A stretch of DNA of 32,000 nt from Acholeplasma laidlawii PG-8A (GCF_000018785.1 NC_010163.1:1410001-1442000), one strand, 5' to 3'. Numbered from the stretch's first letter, positions 9,312 to 19,759 are shown. Numbers and translations: made by a program. Notes: generated by a model not told the origin, from the sequence alone.

Positions 9312-10967
9312 TTATGGTAGTAAACTATCTACATCAACTGAAGTGCCTAGTGTTAAATAAAGTGAATTATAGAATGCTTGTTGTTCTTGTGGTGTTAGTG
9401 TATTTAATGCATCTAGTAAACCTTCTGTATCGGTTGGATCATTTGTATAAACATCTTCTAATGCAGCATAATCAGGATTTAATAATATTGTAGTTAATGC
9501 TGCATCAATTGCATCTTGTAGTTCTGCTAGGATAGCTGCATTAGCGCCTGTAGGCGTTACAACAAATCTTAAGTATTTACCAGAAACAGCTACACTATCC
9601 ACTGTAGTGGATTGTCCTGCAAAGTTACCCATAAAATCTTTAAGAATAATTTGATTACCAACAATCATTTCGTTTTCACCAACTAGATTTAGTATGGTTG
9701 CTACTTTATTGTTTGTAACGGTTGTATCATCGCCAATATGAATCACATCAATTGTAAATACTAAATCTTGTTTATCATCAGATATTGAAGGTATAGATAC
9801 TAATGTGAAATCTGTTTGGAATACTTTAGATGGATCAGTTTGATTGTAAAGTTTCATAATAATTGTAAAGTGTACTCTATTATCAATAAATCTAGCATAT
9901 AAAGGTAGTGTTTCTAATACATAGATATTTTCATCAAATTCAAAAGTTTGTGACATATCCATGGATTCACCCACATAGTACTCAATTAATTGATTAAATG
10001 TTTCTTCATGCATATCATAATTTAATGAAGATCCACCTGTAATAGATGACAACAACAATGTAGTAAGCTGAGACTCAAACATATTATTTAATTCTGTTTC
10101 ATCACTGATTTGGTTTGTTGTTTGATAAGGTGTTTCAGTTGAACGCATCTTACCGAGTGCGATACCAATACCACCGACATCTTCACCAAATCCTGAAACT
10201 AATAATTCTTCTTCATCTACAAAACCAAGTAGTGCTTCTATCATGAGTCTGTTGGGATCATCTTCTTTGGATATTAAGTTAATTAAGTCTTTTGTGTTGA
10301 CCCAAATAGATTTTGTTTTTAAATCATAGTTACCAAAACCAGATACTGCGTTTTGAATTAAACCGTTAAGCCCATCTTCTGTAAAACGGCTTACTATAAA
10401 GTCAGCTGCATCATACATCCATAAAATTGGCATGTTACCAAACTTAATTTCTTTGATAGTTAATTTATATTGTGTAATCAGTTCGTTATCAACTTCAACT
10501 TGTTCGATATTAATATCTAAGTCTAAATAAAGTGTTGTTTGATAATAGATATTAGAAAAACCTGCATCAAGTCCGGCTTCTATTGTAAGACCAGTTTCAT
10601 TAAACGCTAAGGTTACACCTTTAAAACCACCATTGTTGTTACCAAAGGCAATTGCATATTTTCTAGCATTTAAATCAATGGTTTCATCTGTTTTACCAAA
10701 GTCAGGATTTTCAGCTGCATAGATATCTTTTAATGCTGCATTCGCCTCACTACTTGTTAAAACAAAGTCAAATGATAAGGCATTTTCATCAGCAATGAAC
10801 TCATCTAGTTTGTTGCTGGCAATATCATTAAATGATAAGCCTTCATTTGCACTAAAATCATCTACTGGTGCACTGTATCCTTTGTACATAACTACAAGTA
10901 CAATCACTGGTGTTAAGACTATGAGTAACAATGCTAACTTAATAACTCTTTTAATCCATTTAAACAT
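9312..10967 (-). CDS. Membrane-anchored extracellular protein of unknown function
   Basis: 551-aa ORF with a single N-terminal hydrophobic segment (RVIKLALLLIVLTPVIVLVVMYKGY) and a long acidic hydrophilic remainder. No family recognised. Confidence 0.8.
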   Translation of the reverse strand: MFKWIKRVIKLALLLIVLTPVIVLVVMYKGYSAPVDDFSANEGLSFNDIASNKLDEFIADENALSFDFVLTSSEANAALKDIYAAENPDFGKTDETIDLNARKYAIAFGNNNGGFKGVTLAFNETGLTIEAGLDAGFSNIYYQTTLYLDLDINIEQVEVDNELITQYKLTIKEIKFGNMPILWMYDAADFIVSRFTEDGLNGLIQNAVSGFGNYDLKTKSIWVNTKDLINLISKEDDPNRLMIEALLGFVDEEELLVSGFGEDVGGIGIALGKMRSTETPYQTTNQISDETELNNMFESQLTTLLLSSITGGSSLNYDMHEETFNQLIEYYVGESMDMSQTFEFDENIYVLETLPLYARFIDNRVHFTIIMKLYNQTDPSKVFQTDFTLVSIPSISDDKQDLVFTIDVIHIGDDTTVTNNKVATILNLVGENEMIVGNQIILKDFMGNFAGQSTTVDSVAVSGKYLRFVVTPTGANAAILAELQDAIDAALTTILLNPDYAALEDVYTNDPTDTEGLLDALNTLTPQEQQAFYNSLYLTLGTSVDVDSLLP

Positions 10968-11037
10968 ATAAATCCCCCCTTAGGTGATTCTATTATATGC
11001 GTTTTTTACGTAAATAATATATATATTGCTTATATAT

Positions 11038-12033
11038 TTAGATAAAATTGATTGCAGAACTTCCCTTTAAATAATAATCTTTTAATGCACCCTGTTTCTT
11101 AAATTGATAATAGGCTGCAATACCAATCATTGCAGCTTGATCTGTACAATATTTAATACTTGGAGTAAGTATTTCTAAGTCTGTAATACGTTCTTTCATT
11201 TTAGTTCTTAAACCCTTATTTGCTGCAACACCGCCTGCAACAACTATTTGTTTAACACCTAAATTATTAGCTGCGTCTTTTGTTTTTTGAACTAATACTT
11301 CAGTAACAGATTCTTGGAAAGATGCACAAACATCTTCCACTTTAAAAGGCTCATTTCTTTGTTTCATATTATGTACTAAATTAAGTACAGAACTCTTTAA
11401 ACCTGAAAATGAGAAATTAAATGGTTCGTTTTTTAAGAAAGGTTTCGGTAAATTATAGATTGCCTCACCTTGATGCGCTAATCTATCAACAACCGGTCCG
11501 CCTGGATAACCTAGACCTAACATACGTGCTACCTTATCATAGGCCTCACCTACTGCATCATCTAAAGTTGTACCAAGTAGTTCAATCTCTAAATGATCTT
11601 TAACTAATAAAAGTTCTGTATGCCCACCACTAACAAGTAGTGTTAATAAAGGAAACTTCATTTCGCCTTCAATTTGTGCCGCATATATATGTCCTAATAA
11701 GTGGTTTACACCCATTAAAGGAATTTGATTAGCATAAGCAAAAGTGGTTGCTGCATTTATTCCAACAAGTAGAGAACCAATTAATCCAGGGCCTTGTGTC
11801 ACAGCAACTAAATCAATGTCTGATACTTTAATACCTGCATCTTTTATTGCTTTATCAAACATATATAACATAGACTCAATATGCGCACGTGAAGCGATTT
11901 CAGGTACTACACCACCGTATGGTTGGTGTATTTTTATTTGTGATAAAACTGCATTAGATAAAACAGTCTTACCGTCTTTTGTAATTGCAACACTTGTTTC
12001 ATCACAAGATGTTTCAACAGATAAAATTATCAT
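11038..12033 (-). CDS. tsaD: tRNA N6-adenosine threonylcarbamoyltransferase TsaD
   Basis: [27 protein letters not shown]-type motif ([16 protein letters not shown]), [21 protein letters not shown]. Confidence 0.97.
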
Positions 12034-12464
12034 TATTTAACCTCCATGTGCATCATATAGCCATCTTCTTTATCATAATAATTTGGTATAACAGTCACTA
12101 TTACAGCACCATATTTTTCATAGAAAGCAATTGCTTTTTGGTTACTTACTCTAACCTCTAAGACAAGTGAGTTAACACCACTTGACTTCATTTCTAGTAA
12201 AGCATGTTCAAACAGTTGACTACCTATACCTTGTCCTTGATACGGAATATCCACCAAGAAATTTAGGATATCCGCATTTGTATCTATCTGTCTAAAGCTT
12301 AAATAACCAATAACTTCGTTGTTTAATGTATAGACATAGATATGTGAAAATTCATTTTCTAATAATTCACTTTTTAGAAAAGAATAACCTAAAGAAGCAC
12401 CAAATACTTTTTCTTCTAACTGAACTATCTTTTCTAAATCATGAATGACTGCGGTTCTTATCAA
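12033..12464 (-). CDS. rimI: Ribosomal-protein-alanine N-acetyltransferase RimI-like (GNAT)
   Basis: GNAT fold signature [17 protein letters not shown] and [19 protein letters not shown]; sits between tsaB and tsaD. Confidence 0.85.
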
Positions 12465-13047
12465 GATTCTTCTCCGCTTCTGTTTGTCTTAAGTAATTTG
12501 GGATAAGTGAAAATATATCTTCTACTTCTTCTTTTTTATCAATAACAACTCTACCATCAAGCTTAATAGTATCAGGACTTAAAAGAATAAGCATTTCTTT
12601 TTCTTCATCAGATAATTCATCTAAATGTCTTACTTTTTCTTCATCTAAAATGATACCTTTTTCAATCGTAGCACTAAAGCCTTGATCATTTCTTGCATCA
12701 TGCCAAATAAGTGCTTTTTGTTGGTACCCTGAGCTTAAAAATACTAGACTACTTACCTTATAAAGTTTAACACCAGTTGCATAACTTAGCATTTTAGCAG
12801 TCATTACACCTACTCTTAAACCTGTATAAGAACCAGGTCCAACACCTACAATAATGCCAGATAAATCTTGCACCTTTAAGTTGTGTGCGTGAAGCACGTG
12901 TTCAATCATTGGTACGATATGTGCTTGATGATCTTGTTTACCAAATCTAATATGTTCATCTAGCTTTACTTGGTTATCATAAAGCATAATAATTAAAGCA
13001 TTTGTTGATGTATCTATAAGTAAGTATTTCATATCTTTTTTATCCAA
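12439..13047 (-). CDS. tsaB: tRNA threonylcarbamoyladenosine biosynthesis protein TsaB
   Basis: LLIDTSTNALIIMLYD, GIIVGVGPGSYTGLRVGVMTAKML. Confidence 0.92.
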   Translation of the reverse strand: MDKKDMKYLLIDTSTNALIIMLYDNQVKLDEHIRFGKQDHQAHIVPMIEHVLHAHNLKVQDLSGIIVGVGPGSYTGLRVGVMTAKMLSYATGVKLYKVSSLVFLSSGYQQKALIWHDARNDQGFSATIEKGIILDEEKVRHLDELSDEEKEMLILLSPDTIKLDGRVVIDKKEEVEDIFSLIPNYLRQTEAEKNLDKNRSHS

Positions 13048-13475
13048 TCTGAGTTTCCATCACTAGTTGATATCTTAATTTCTCTGTCTGTTTCATTTAA
13101 CCATTTAAGTTCCACTAAGACATGCTTTTGTGGTATTAACTCTTCTACTTGACTCGGCCATTCAATCACTGAAATAGCATCCTCATCTAATATATAATCT
13201 TCAAGATCAAAATCTAAACCTATACCGTCCATACGGTATAGGTCTAGATGATTTAGAGTTTTAGTACCTTGATACGTTTTTAAAATCGTAAACGTTGGTG
13301 AATTAATGACACTTGTAATACCTAGTGCTTTACCAATACCTTTTGTAAAGGTTGTCTTACCACTAGATAAGTCACCGTTTAAAAGGATTACGTGATACGA
13401 TTTTGGTAAGTTATCTATTAATTTCTTACCTAATTGAATTGTTTCATTTGCAGATTTGCTTATAAATTGTCTCAT
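13029..13475 (-). CDS. tsaE: tRNA threonylcarbamoyladenosine biosynthesis ATPase TsaE
   Basis: LNGDLSSGKTTFTKGIGKALGI (Walker A), INSPTFTILKTYQG, HLDLYRM. Confidence 0.93.
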   Translation of the reverse strand: MRQFISKSANETIQLGKKLIDNLPKSYHVILLNGDLSSGKTTFTKGIGKALGITSVINSPTFTILKTYQGTKTLNHLDLYRMDGIGLDFDLEDYILDEDAISVIEWPSQVEELIPQKHVLVELKWLNETDREIKISTSDGNSDWIKKI

Positions 13476-14743
13476 TTTTTCCCTAATAATCTAAACATAT
13501 TTTTCTTGTAAGCTTCAACACCTGGTTGGTCAAATGGGTTTACCTCTAAAAGGTAAGCACTCATAGCACATGCAATTTCAAAGAAATATACTAAATAACC
13601 AAAGTGATATGCATCCATTTTATCGATCGTGATAACAATATTTGGTACGCCGCCATCAATATGAGCTTCCTTAGTACCTAAGAATGCTTGTTCATTCACA
13701 TAAGATATTTCTTTTCCAGCAATGTAATTTAATTTATCTAAATCTTCTTCTACAAAAGGAATAGATAGTTTATCTGTCTTTTTAACATTTAAAACTGTTT
13801 CAAAAATGATACGATTACCATCTTGAATTTGTTGACCTAAAGAGTGTAGGTCTGTAGTAAAGGATGCAGAGTGTACTAATAAACCTTTTCCACCTTTACC
13901 TTCGGATTCACCAAATAATTGTTTCCACCATTCAGCAAAAAATGCTAAACGTGGTTCATAGTTAATTAAATACTCCACATCTTTACCAGATTGATTTAAT
14001 AAAAATCTAGTCACTGCATAAAGATATGCTTTGTTTTTCTTTAAACTTGGATCTTGAGCATCATGATATGCATCCTGTGCACCCTTGATCATTTTTTCAA
14101 CATCTATACCTACAAAAACAAAAGGTAGTAAACCAACAGCGGATAATACAGAAAAACGTCCACCCACATTATCTTCAATCACAAATCTTTCATAACCCTC
14201 ATTGATTGCTAATTGGTATAAAGAACCACGTGCCTTATCTGTTGTTGCAAAAATTCTTTTTCTAGCTTCTTTGACACCATATTTATTTTCAATATGTGCC
14301 TTTAGTAATCTAAATGCTACTGCTGGTTCTGTTGTTGTACCTGATTTTGAAATCACGTTAATGACATAGTTTTTCTTGTTTAAGTATTTAAGTAAATGTT
14401 TTAAGTAATTTGCAGATAAATGATGTCCTGCAAAAATGAGTTCTGGTTTTTGTTTTTTAAATGGTGTCTTTAAAAATTCATATCCAGCTTTAGCGCCTAA
14501 ATAAGAACCACCAATCCCAATAACAACAATCGCGTCAACATTTTTATGTTGTTCTTTTAACTTATAAATACGATCTAATTCTTCTTTATCATACGTTAAA
14601 GGTAAATCTAACCATCCTAAAAAATCATTACCTAACCCAGACTTATTTTGAATGACATCATGTAATTCATTCACTTGATCTTGTAAACTAAAAACATTCG
14701 TTTTAAGAAATTTCTTAGCATCTTTTATATCTAATTTAATCAT
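13472..14743 (-). CDS. pgi: Glucose-6-phosphate isomerase
   Basis: VVIGIGGSYLGAKAGYEFL, VISKSGTTTEPAVAFRLL, DNVGGRFSVLSAVGLLP, NPFDQPGVEAYKKNMF. Confidence 0.96.
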   Translation of the reverse strand: MIKLDIKDAKKFLKTNVFSLQDQVNELHDVIQNKSGLGNDFLGWLDLPLTYDKEELDRIYKLKEQHKNVDAIVVIGIGGSYLGAKAGYEFLKTPFKKQKPELIFAGHHLSANYLKHLLKYLNKKNYVINVISKSGTTTEPAVAFRLLKAHIENKYGVKEARKRIFATTDKARGSLYQLAINEGYERFVIEDNVGGRFSVLSAVGLLPFVFVGIDVEKMIKGAQDAYHDAQDPSLKKNKAYLYAVTRFLLNQSGKDVEYLINYEPRLAFFAEWWKQLFGESEGKGGKGLLVHSASFTTDLHSLGQQIQDGNRIIFETVLNVKKTDKLSIPFVEEDLDKLNYIAGKEISYVNEQAFLGTKEAHIDGGVPNIVITIDKMDAYHFGYLVYFFEIACAMSAYLLEVNPFDQPGVEAYKKNMFRLLGKK

Positions 14744-15074
14744 TTTTTAACGCCTCTTTCTTTGCTTTAACCCATTCATCTAATTTTTCTTCTATTGATC
14801 TAAATCCAATTTTAATATCTACTTTTTCCATCACTTTAGAGTTCACTAAAAGTGCACGCTTATACGACAGTTGTAACTTTTGATTTTTATCATCAAAATC
14901 TAAAATAACTGCATATATTTCATCACCGATATTAAATAGTTTAGTTATATCTTGAACAAACCTGTCTGATATCTCAGAGATGTGTATAAGTCCTTGATAG
15001 TTCTCATATTCTACAAAGACACCATAGGGTTGTATTCCAGTAACTTTACATAAGATACGTTCATTTTTTTGCAT
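14736..15074 (-). CDS. S1 RNA-binding domain protein (YugI/CvfD-like)
   Basis: KVTGIQPYGVFVEYENYQGLIHISEISDRFVQDITKLFNIGDEIYAVILDFDDKNQKLQLSYK is a single S1 domain; adjacent to pgi. Confidence 0.85.
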   Translation of the reverse strand: MQKNERILCKVTGIQPYGVFVEYENYQGLIHISEISDRFVQDITKLFNIGDEIYAVILDFDDKNQKLQLSYKRALLVNSKVMEKVDIKIGFRSIEEKLDEWVKAKKEALKND

Positions 15075-15183
15075 AAAATAACCCCTAATATTTTCAGTTT
15101 ATTATATCATTATTATGCTTTTACATAAAGTAATGATGATGTGAAAACGTATGATTATTTCAATTATGTTAATTTTTAAAGAA

Positions 15184-15226
15184 AAAGGTAGAAGATAACG
15201 CCCTTTATGGTTTATCTTCTACCTTT
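15184..15226 (-). terminator. Rho-independent terminator downstream of the 15252-20695 gene block
   Basis: 15-bp stem AAAGGTAGAAGATAA (15184-15198) / TTATCTTCTACCTTT (15212-15226), then TTCTTT on the minus strand. Confidence 0.7.
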
Positions 15227-15251
15227 ATTATATTTAAATATAAATACTGAG

Positions 15252-15803
15252 TTATTCTATATTTTTATGTCGTAACCATGTATAGGTTAGAATCGCTAAC
15301 GGAATAATCATTTTGGATATAAATCCAATGAAAACATAAGTAATCTCAAGTGGATTTCCAATTAACGGTAACTTTAAATATAAATAGAGTTGATAACCAA
15401 CCATTAAGATCGTTGGAATCACTAATATAGATACTAATATATTTTCATTTCTTCTATAAAAATTACCTTGGTAATACATCATTGAAAACTTATATATACC
15501 TACATAAAGTAAGATAACAACAGCCACATCAAACATTAAGTCTGTATTAAAATTAGAAATTAATACAGGAAAGACCTGAATCATCGAAAATATCATATTT
15601 ACAATAAGCCAAACCCCTGCAAGTAACAACATACGCTTTGAGTTGTAGTTATGTTCTAAATAAAGTGCACCTAAAAATAAAAGTGTTGATAAACTACTAG
15701 AAATAACTAAGAGACTTCCTACAAGTGCTGATGTAAAAAGTACATAAGAAAGTTCTATGATAAATAATGTAAACATTATCCATTGTCTTTTAGTAAGTGT
15801 CAT
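15252..15803 (-). CDS. Multi-pass membrane protein, unknown function
   Basis: 183 aa, about six hydrophobic segments. Overlaps the upstream DegV ORF by 4 nt. Confidence 0.65.
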   Translation of the reverse strand: MTLTKRQWIMFTLFIIELSYVLFTSALVGSLLVISSSLSTLLFLGALYLEHNYNSKRMLLLAGVWLIVNMIFSMIQVFPVLISNFNTDLMFDVAVVILLYVGIYKFSMMYYQGNFYRRNENILVSILVIPTILMVGYQLYLYLKLPLIGNPLEITYVFIGFISKMIIPLAILTYTWLRHKNIE

Positions 15804-16636
15804 AAATCCATCTCCTCATAATAACCTAAATATACACCATACATATCATCACCAAAATAAGTCGTCACCTGAGAACTTACCTCTCCATATAAAGTGATAT
15901 TTAAATCTTTGTTTTTTGTATAGAGTTCATGTTGTAAAAGCTTTGCTTTTGCACCGTATTTACCACTATATACAAATATATTGATTTTATCTTTAAAACC
16001 TTTAAATCCTAATATTTGATGATATAAAATATCGATGATATGTTTTTGCTTATACATTACTTGTTTAACTTCATAGTTGTTTGATGATACAACAAGGTAG
16101 CCTACTACCCACGGGCTCAGTAAATTTTGAAACCAGGATCTAGTTTCTTTGTATCTAGGGTTTGTTGTTACTACTATGGTCATACCTTTATCTACTTGTA
16201 CTTTAAGTAGTTCTTTAATTTTTTGGTATGTATAATTTTTACTGATCCAAATTTTAATACACATCGATAAATAATAGATACCTGGACCAAAGGTATGTGC
16301 ATCGATAATATCTACTTTAATATCTTTAAGTATATCTTTGGCAAGTATGGCATTTTCATAACTTCTAGTCATCTTCTTACTAGAAGTTATAATGAGTATA
16401 TTATAAATACCTGAATCATTCAATGCTTTTATTTTATCAATGTAATCTTTAGGGTTTGCTAACTTTTGAATACCCATATTGGATATATTTAGGTCAATTT
16501 TAATCACTTCGGTCTCAATAAAAGATAAAGACACGTCAGACGCATCTTTAAAAATGTTTTGTATTTTTTGCTTATCTAAAATTGAGTCTAAAATTATCCC
16601 TATTTTGCTCATATTACTTAAATATAAAGAAGCCAA
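15800..16636 (-). CDS. DegV family (fatty-acid-binding) protein
   Basis: KIGIILDSILDKQ..., IIDAHTFGPGIYYLSMCI, FVYSGKYGAKAKLLQHEL. The true start may be the internal ATG at 16610-16612 (MSKIGIILDS). Confidence 0.6.
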   Translation of the reverse strand: MASLYLSNMSKIGIILDSILDKQKIQNIFKDASDVSLSFIETEVIKIDLNISNMGIQKLANPKDYIDKIKALNDSGIYNILIITSSKKMTRSYENAILAKDILKDIKVDIIDAHTFGPGIYYLSMCIKIWISKNYTYQKIKELLKVQVDKGMTIVVTTNPRYKETRSWFQNLLSPWVVGYLVVSSNNYEVKQVMYKQKHIIDILYHQILGFKGFKDKINIFVYSGKYGAKAKLLQHELYTKNKDLNITLYGEVSSQVTTYFGDDMYGVYLGYYEEMDL

Positions 16637-17075
16637 TCACACCAATAAATGCACCTAGTAAGATGCCCACTAAAACTTCTTTTGGTTTGTGACCAAGTTT
16701 TTCTTTTAGCTTCTTTTCTTCAATATCGATATTTTCAATCATGTTTAATCTATATTTAATAATATTTAACTCCATAGCGTGTTTACTTGCTTCTAGTCTG
16801 ATACCCATGGAATCATGAATAACAACTAATGCTATGACAAATGAAATAGCAAAGCCAATACTTAATGTACCTTGGTTATGATAATCAAACATACCAATCG
16901 ATACAAATAAAGCTGTAACAAGTGCGCTATGACTAGATGGCATACCGCCAGTAGAAATTAAAATACTTTCATTTAATTTTCTATTTATTAAGCCATCAAT
17001 AAAAAACTTACTCACCTGAGCAATTAACATGGCTGATATGGATATAATTAGAACTGCTTCAGGTACTGTAAACAT
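16614..17075 (-). CDS. Divergent PAP2 family membrane protein (YuiD-like)
   Basis: GGMPSSHSALVTALFVSIG, FVIALVVIHDSMGIRLEASKHA, LKEKLGHKPKEVLVGILLGAFIG. Confidence 0.88.
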   Translation of the reverse strand: MFTVPEAVLIISISAMLIAQVSKFFIDGLINRKLNESILISTGGMPSSHSALVTALFVSIGMFDYHNQGTLSIGFAISFVIALVVIHDSMGIRLEASKHAMELNIIKYRLNMIENIDIEEKKLKEKLGHKPKEVLVGILLGAFIGVIGFFIFK

Positions 17076-17076
17076 A

Positions 17077-17310
17077 TTATACTGTCACCACTGCAATAAT
17101 ACCGGGAACATTTTCCAGCATCATTGTTTCTATACCTTGTTTCAAGGTAATATCAATTGCAGCACATCCGTCGCATGCGCCACCCATTTTAACGTAGACG
17201 ATACCATCTTCTATATTGACGAGTTCAATATCGCCGCCGTCTCTTTGAATATATGGTCTTACTCTTTTAATAATTTGACCTACTTGTTCAGTCATTACTT
17301 CTATACTCAT
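17077..17310 (-). CDS. NifU C-terminal-like Fe-S scaffold protein
   Basis: VRPYIQRDGGDIELVNIEDGIVYVKMGGACDGCAAIDITLKQGIE with a CxxC motif. Confidence 0.9.
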   Translation of the reverse strand: MSIEVMTEQVGQIIKRVRPYIQRDGGDIELVNIEDGIVYVKMGGACDGCAAIDITLKQGIETMMLENVPGIIAVVTV

Positions 17311-17344
17311 TCTACAATGCTCCTTTTTTTAAACTACACAACTA

Positions 17345-17629
17345 TTATACTTTAGTTTCAACCGGTTTTACTCTTTTAAGAACGAAAAAAGGGCAATTAT
17401 GGTTACAAGATTCATTAATATAGTCTGGGATTTTTTTATAACCATTTGTTCCTTTAGGATCTTGGCTAAAACCTCTAAGTCTTAATTTATCACTTGCAAT
17501 ATCTCCAACGATATATGTATAACGATCAAATGCGACATCTACATAACGTTCTTGAAATTTAACGATGTCAAATGCATCTCTGTAATTTTTAAGTAGTTCG
17601 AAATTTCCTACTTCTGTTTCAATCATCAT
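17345..17629 (-). CDS. YutD family protein
   Basis: NYRDAFDIVKFQERYVDVAFDRYTYIVGDIASDKLRLRGFSQ...INESCNHNCPFFVLKR. Confidence 0.75.
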   Translation of the reverse strand: MMIETEVGNFELLKNYRDAFDIVKFQERYVDVAFDRYTYIVGDIASDKLRLRGFSQDPKGTNGYKKIPDYINESCNHNCPFFVLKRVKPVETKV

Positions 17630-17642
17630 TTTTATTTTCTTC

Positions 17643-18161
17643 CTAACCCTTAAAGTAGGTATCTAATGGCACATCATGAGCTTGTGGTTCAAAAGATACT
17701 TCTTCTTGTTCATAAATTATACCAATTTTATATGGATTTTGATAAACTTTGAAAAATTTATCATAATATCCTTTTCCATAACCTAATCTGTAATTGGTTT
17801 TAGTCATACCAAGTGCAGGAACGATGATCACTTCAAGTTTTGAAGTGATATCAAATCCATAACTTGGTTCTGATACACCAAAGTGTGATTTTTTGAGTTC
17901 TATTGTTTTGTCTACTTGTAAAAACTGTATTTTATCATTTACTATTTTTGGATAGGCAAATATTTTGTCAGGATATTTTTCTATTAACGGTGTTAAATCC
18001 ATTTCATTTTGAGTTGGATAAAAAATACCTACAAAATCAGCCTTTAAGAAGTGTTCTTCTTCGCTTAGCATATCCATTACTTTTTTACTTGATTGTAATC
18101 TTTGTTCTTGACTTATCCCAAGTCGTGCTTCAATGATTTGTTTTCTTAGTACTTTTTTCAT
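17643..18161 (-). CDS. 5-formyltetrahydrofolate cyclo-ligase
   Basis: LRKQIIEARLGISQEQR, VIIVPALGMTKTNYRLGYGKGYYDKFF. Confidence 0.9.
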   Translation of the reverse strand: MKKVLRKQIIEARLGISQEQRLQSSKKVMDMLSEEEHFLKADFVGIFYPTQNEMDLTPLIEKYPDKIFAYPKIVNDKIQFLQVDKTIELKKSHFGVSEPSYGFDITSKLEVIIVPALGMTKTNYRLGYGKGYYDKFFKVYQNPYKIGIIYEQEEVSFEPQAHDVPLDTYFKG

Positions 18162-18166
18162 ATACG

Positions 18167-19750
18167 CTACTTGATGTCATTAAAATAACATCCTTGCCCC
18201 CTATACTGTGGTAATTGAGCAGTTTTTAATGCTAAAGATGCATTTTGGAATAGATCCTGTGCATTAACTGCATCATCATACATCTGTGCTACACCTACAA
18301 ATACTTCAAGCTCTGCAGTAATTGAACCATATTCAATGGTCATGTTTAAATGGTTTTCTTCTGCCTTGATACCTTTATAAAGTGAAGCCATTTTTCTTTG
18401 GTCTGTAATGGTTAAAACAAATTCTAATCCGGATAATCTGTAAAGATCTGAACTTTCTGTAACAAAGGTTTGTTTAAGTTTAGAGATATATTGTCCCATC
18501 AACATATTTCCCACTTCTCTGCCATACATCTCATTGATTTTAGGTATATTTTTTAGGTTAATAATTGCTAGTTGGAAAGGTCTTGTTGTTTTAATTAATG
18601 CTTTTAGATCGGGTAGTATATAGTTTTCATCTTTTATGGTATCAAGTATTTCAATACCGGTTTTTCTAAAGTGTTTAGAATGCATCGGTGTCATAATACC
18701 CATGATCACTGCATTTTGTTTATCTTCAAATAAACGTTTACCTTTTTCTTTAATCCACATAGATTGACCATCTACTAATAATCTATAGCTTACGGAGTAG
18801 CTTGCTTTATTAGGTGTAAGGTCATTTGTAACTTGTAGGTATTTTTTGATATCATCTGCATCAATTAAAGCTCTATAGTCATCTACATTTAAAATGTTAG
18901 ATGGTAGTTTCAATTGATCTCTTACGATATCATTAACCCAAATTGTTTTTTCATCTAAATCTATATAGAATAGACCATCTTCTGATAACTCTAGCGTTGC
19001 TATAAATTTATGTCTAATACTTTCAAGTTCGTAGTCTACTTTTTTAAGCTCTCTTTCAACAACCATTAATGCTTCATCGGTTTTCTTTTCACCCACACAC
19101 ATACGTCCTCTATATTTACCGAGTGCAAAGAGTGGTTGCATATTTAAATGAAGTATGACGGTTTCTCCGTTGAAGTTTAAGAAGTGTAGTTCTTGATCTT
19201 CACTATCGTTTGCTTTAACAGTTTTTTTGTAATCATTATAATATTTTTCAATGGTTCGATTATTAACATCTTCGCCATTTAGTTTGGTAAAACGGATTTT
19301 TGTACCAAATACGGAAAACAACTTTTTACCAACAACATCTGCTTTATCTAAATTAAGTTCTCTTAGAAGTGATATGGATATATCTTTAATACGTTCTTTA
19401 TGGTCGACTACATAATAGACATTCCATTTGGTATTTTTAACACCCTTTATAAAGAGTTGATATTGACTTGCATTTGTAATTGCATTTCTAAATGTATTGT
19501 AAAGAGAAATTAAAAAGACGAAATACGTAAAGTATAGGTAGATGACATAACCCAATAACCAATCTTCATTGGTAACAATGCGCGTTTCATAAATAAAGAA
19601 TAAAACAATAAAGATTGCAATATTAATAAACGAGAAGGTTAATCTATTTTTTAATACATTTTCTTTTAATATCGATTCAGTTACTACAAATACCACAATG
19701 AAAAATGCGATAATAAGGCCAAATATTGGATGTTGTGCGTATGCTAACAT
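18167..19750 (-). CDS. Membrane PAS-degenerate GGDEF domain protein
   Basis: Hydrophobic N-terminus, central PAS-like domain (LSEDGLFYIDLDEKTIWVND...YRLLVDGQSMWIKEKGKRLF). C-terminal GGDEF fold: INLKNIPKINEMYGREVGNMLMGQYISKLKQ...DLYRLSGLEFVLTI, with catalytic residues replaced. Confidence 0.8.
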   Translation of the reverse strand: MLAYAQHPIFGLIIAFFIVVFVVTESILKENVLKNRLTFSFINIAIFIVLFFIYETRIVTNEDWLLGYVIYLYFTYFVFLISLYNTFRNAITNASQYQLFIKGVKNTKWNVYYVVDHKERIKDISISLLRELNLDKADVVGKKLFSVFGTKIRFTKLNGEDVNNRTIEKYYNDYKKTVKANDSEDQELHFLNFNGETVILHLNMQPLFALGKYRGRMCVGEKKTDEALMVVERELKKVDYELESIRHKFIATLELSEDGLFYIDLDEKTIWVNDIVRDQLKLPSNILNVDDYRALIDADDIKKYLQVTNDLTPNKASYSVSYRLLVDGQSMWIKEKGKRLFEDKQNAVIMGIMTPMHSKHFRKTGIEILDTIKDENYILPDLKALIKTTRPFQLAIINLKNIPKINEMYGREVGNMLMGQYISKLKQTFVTESSDLYRLSGLEFVLTITDQRKMASLYKGIKAEENHLNMTIEYGSITAELEVFVGVAQMYDDAVNAQDLFQNASLALKTAQLPQYRGQGCYFNDIK

Positions 19751-19759
19751 AATCTTTAC

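Noticed and set aside
18167-19750. Active diguanylate cyclase
   Set aside because: GGDEF signature replaced by SGLEF and metal-binding Asp positions not conserved.
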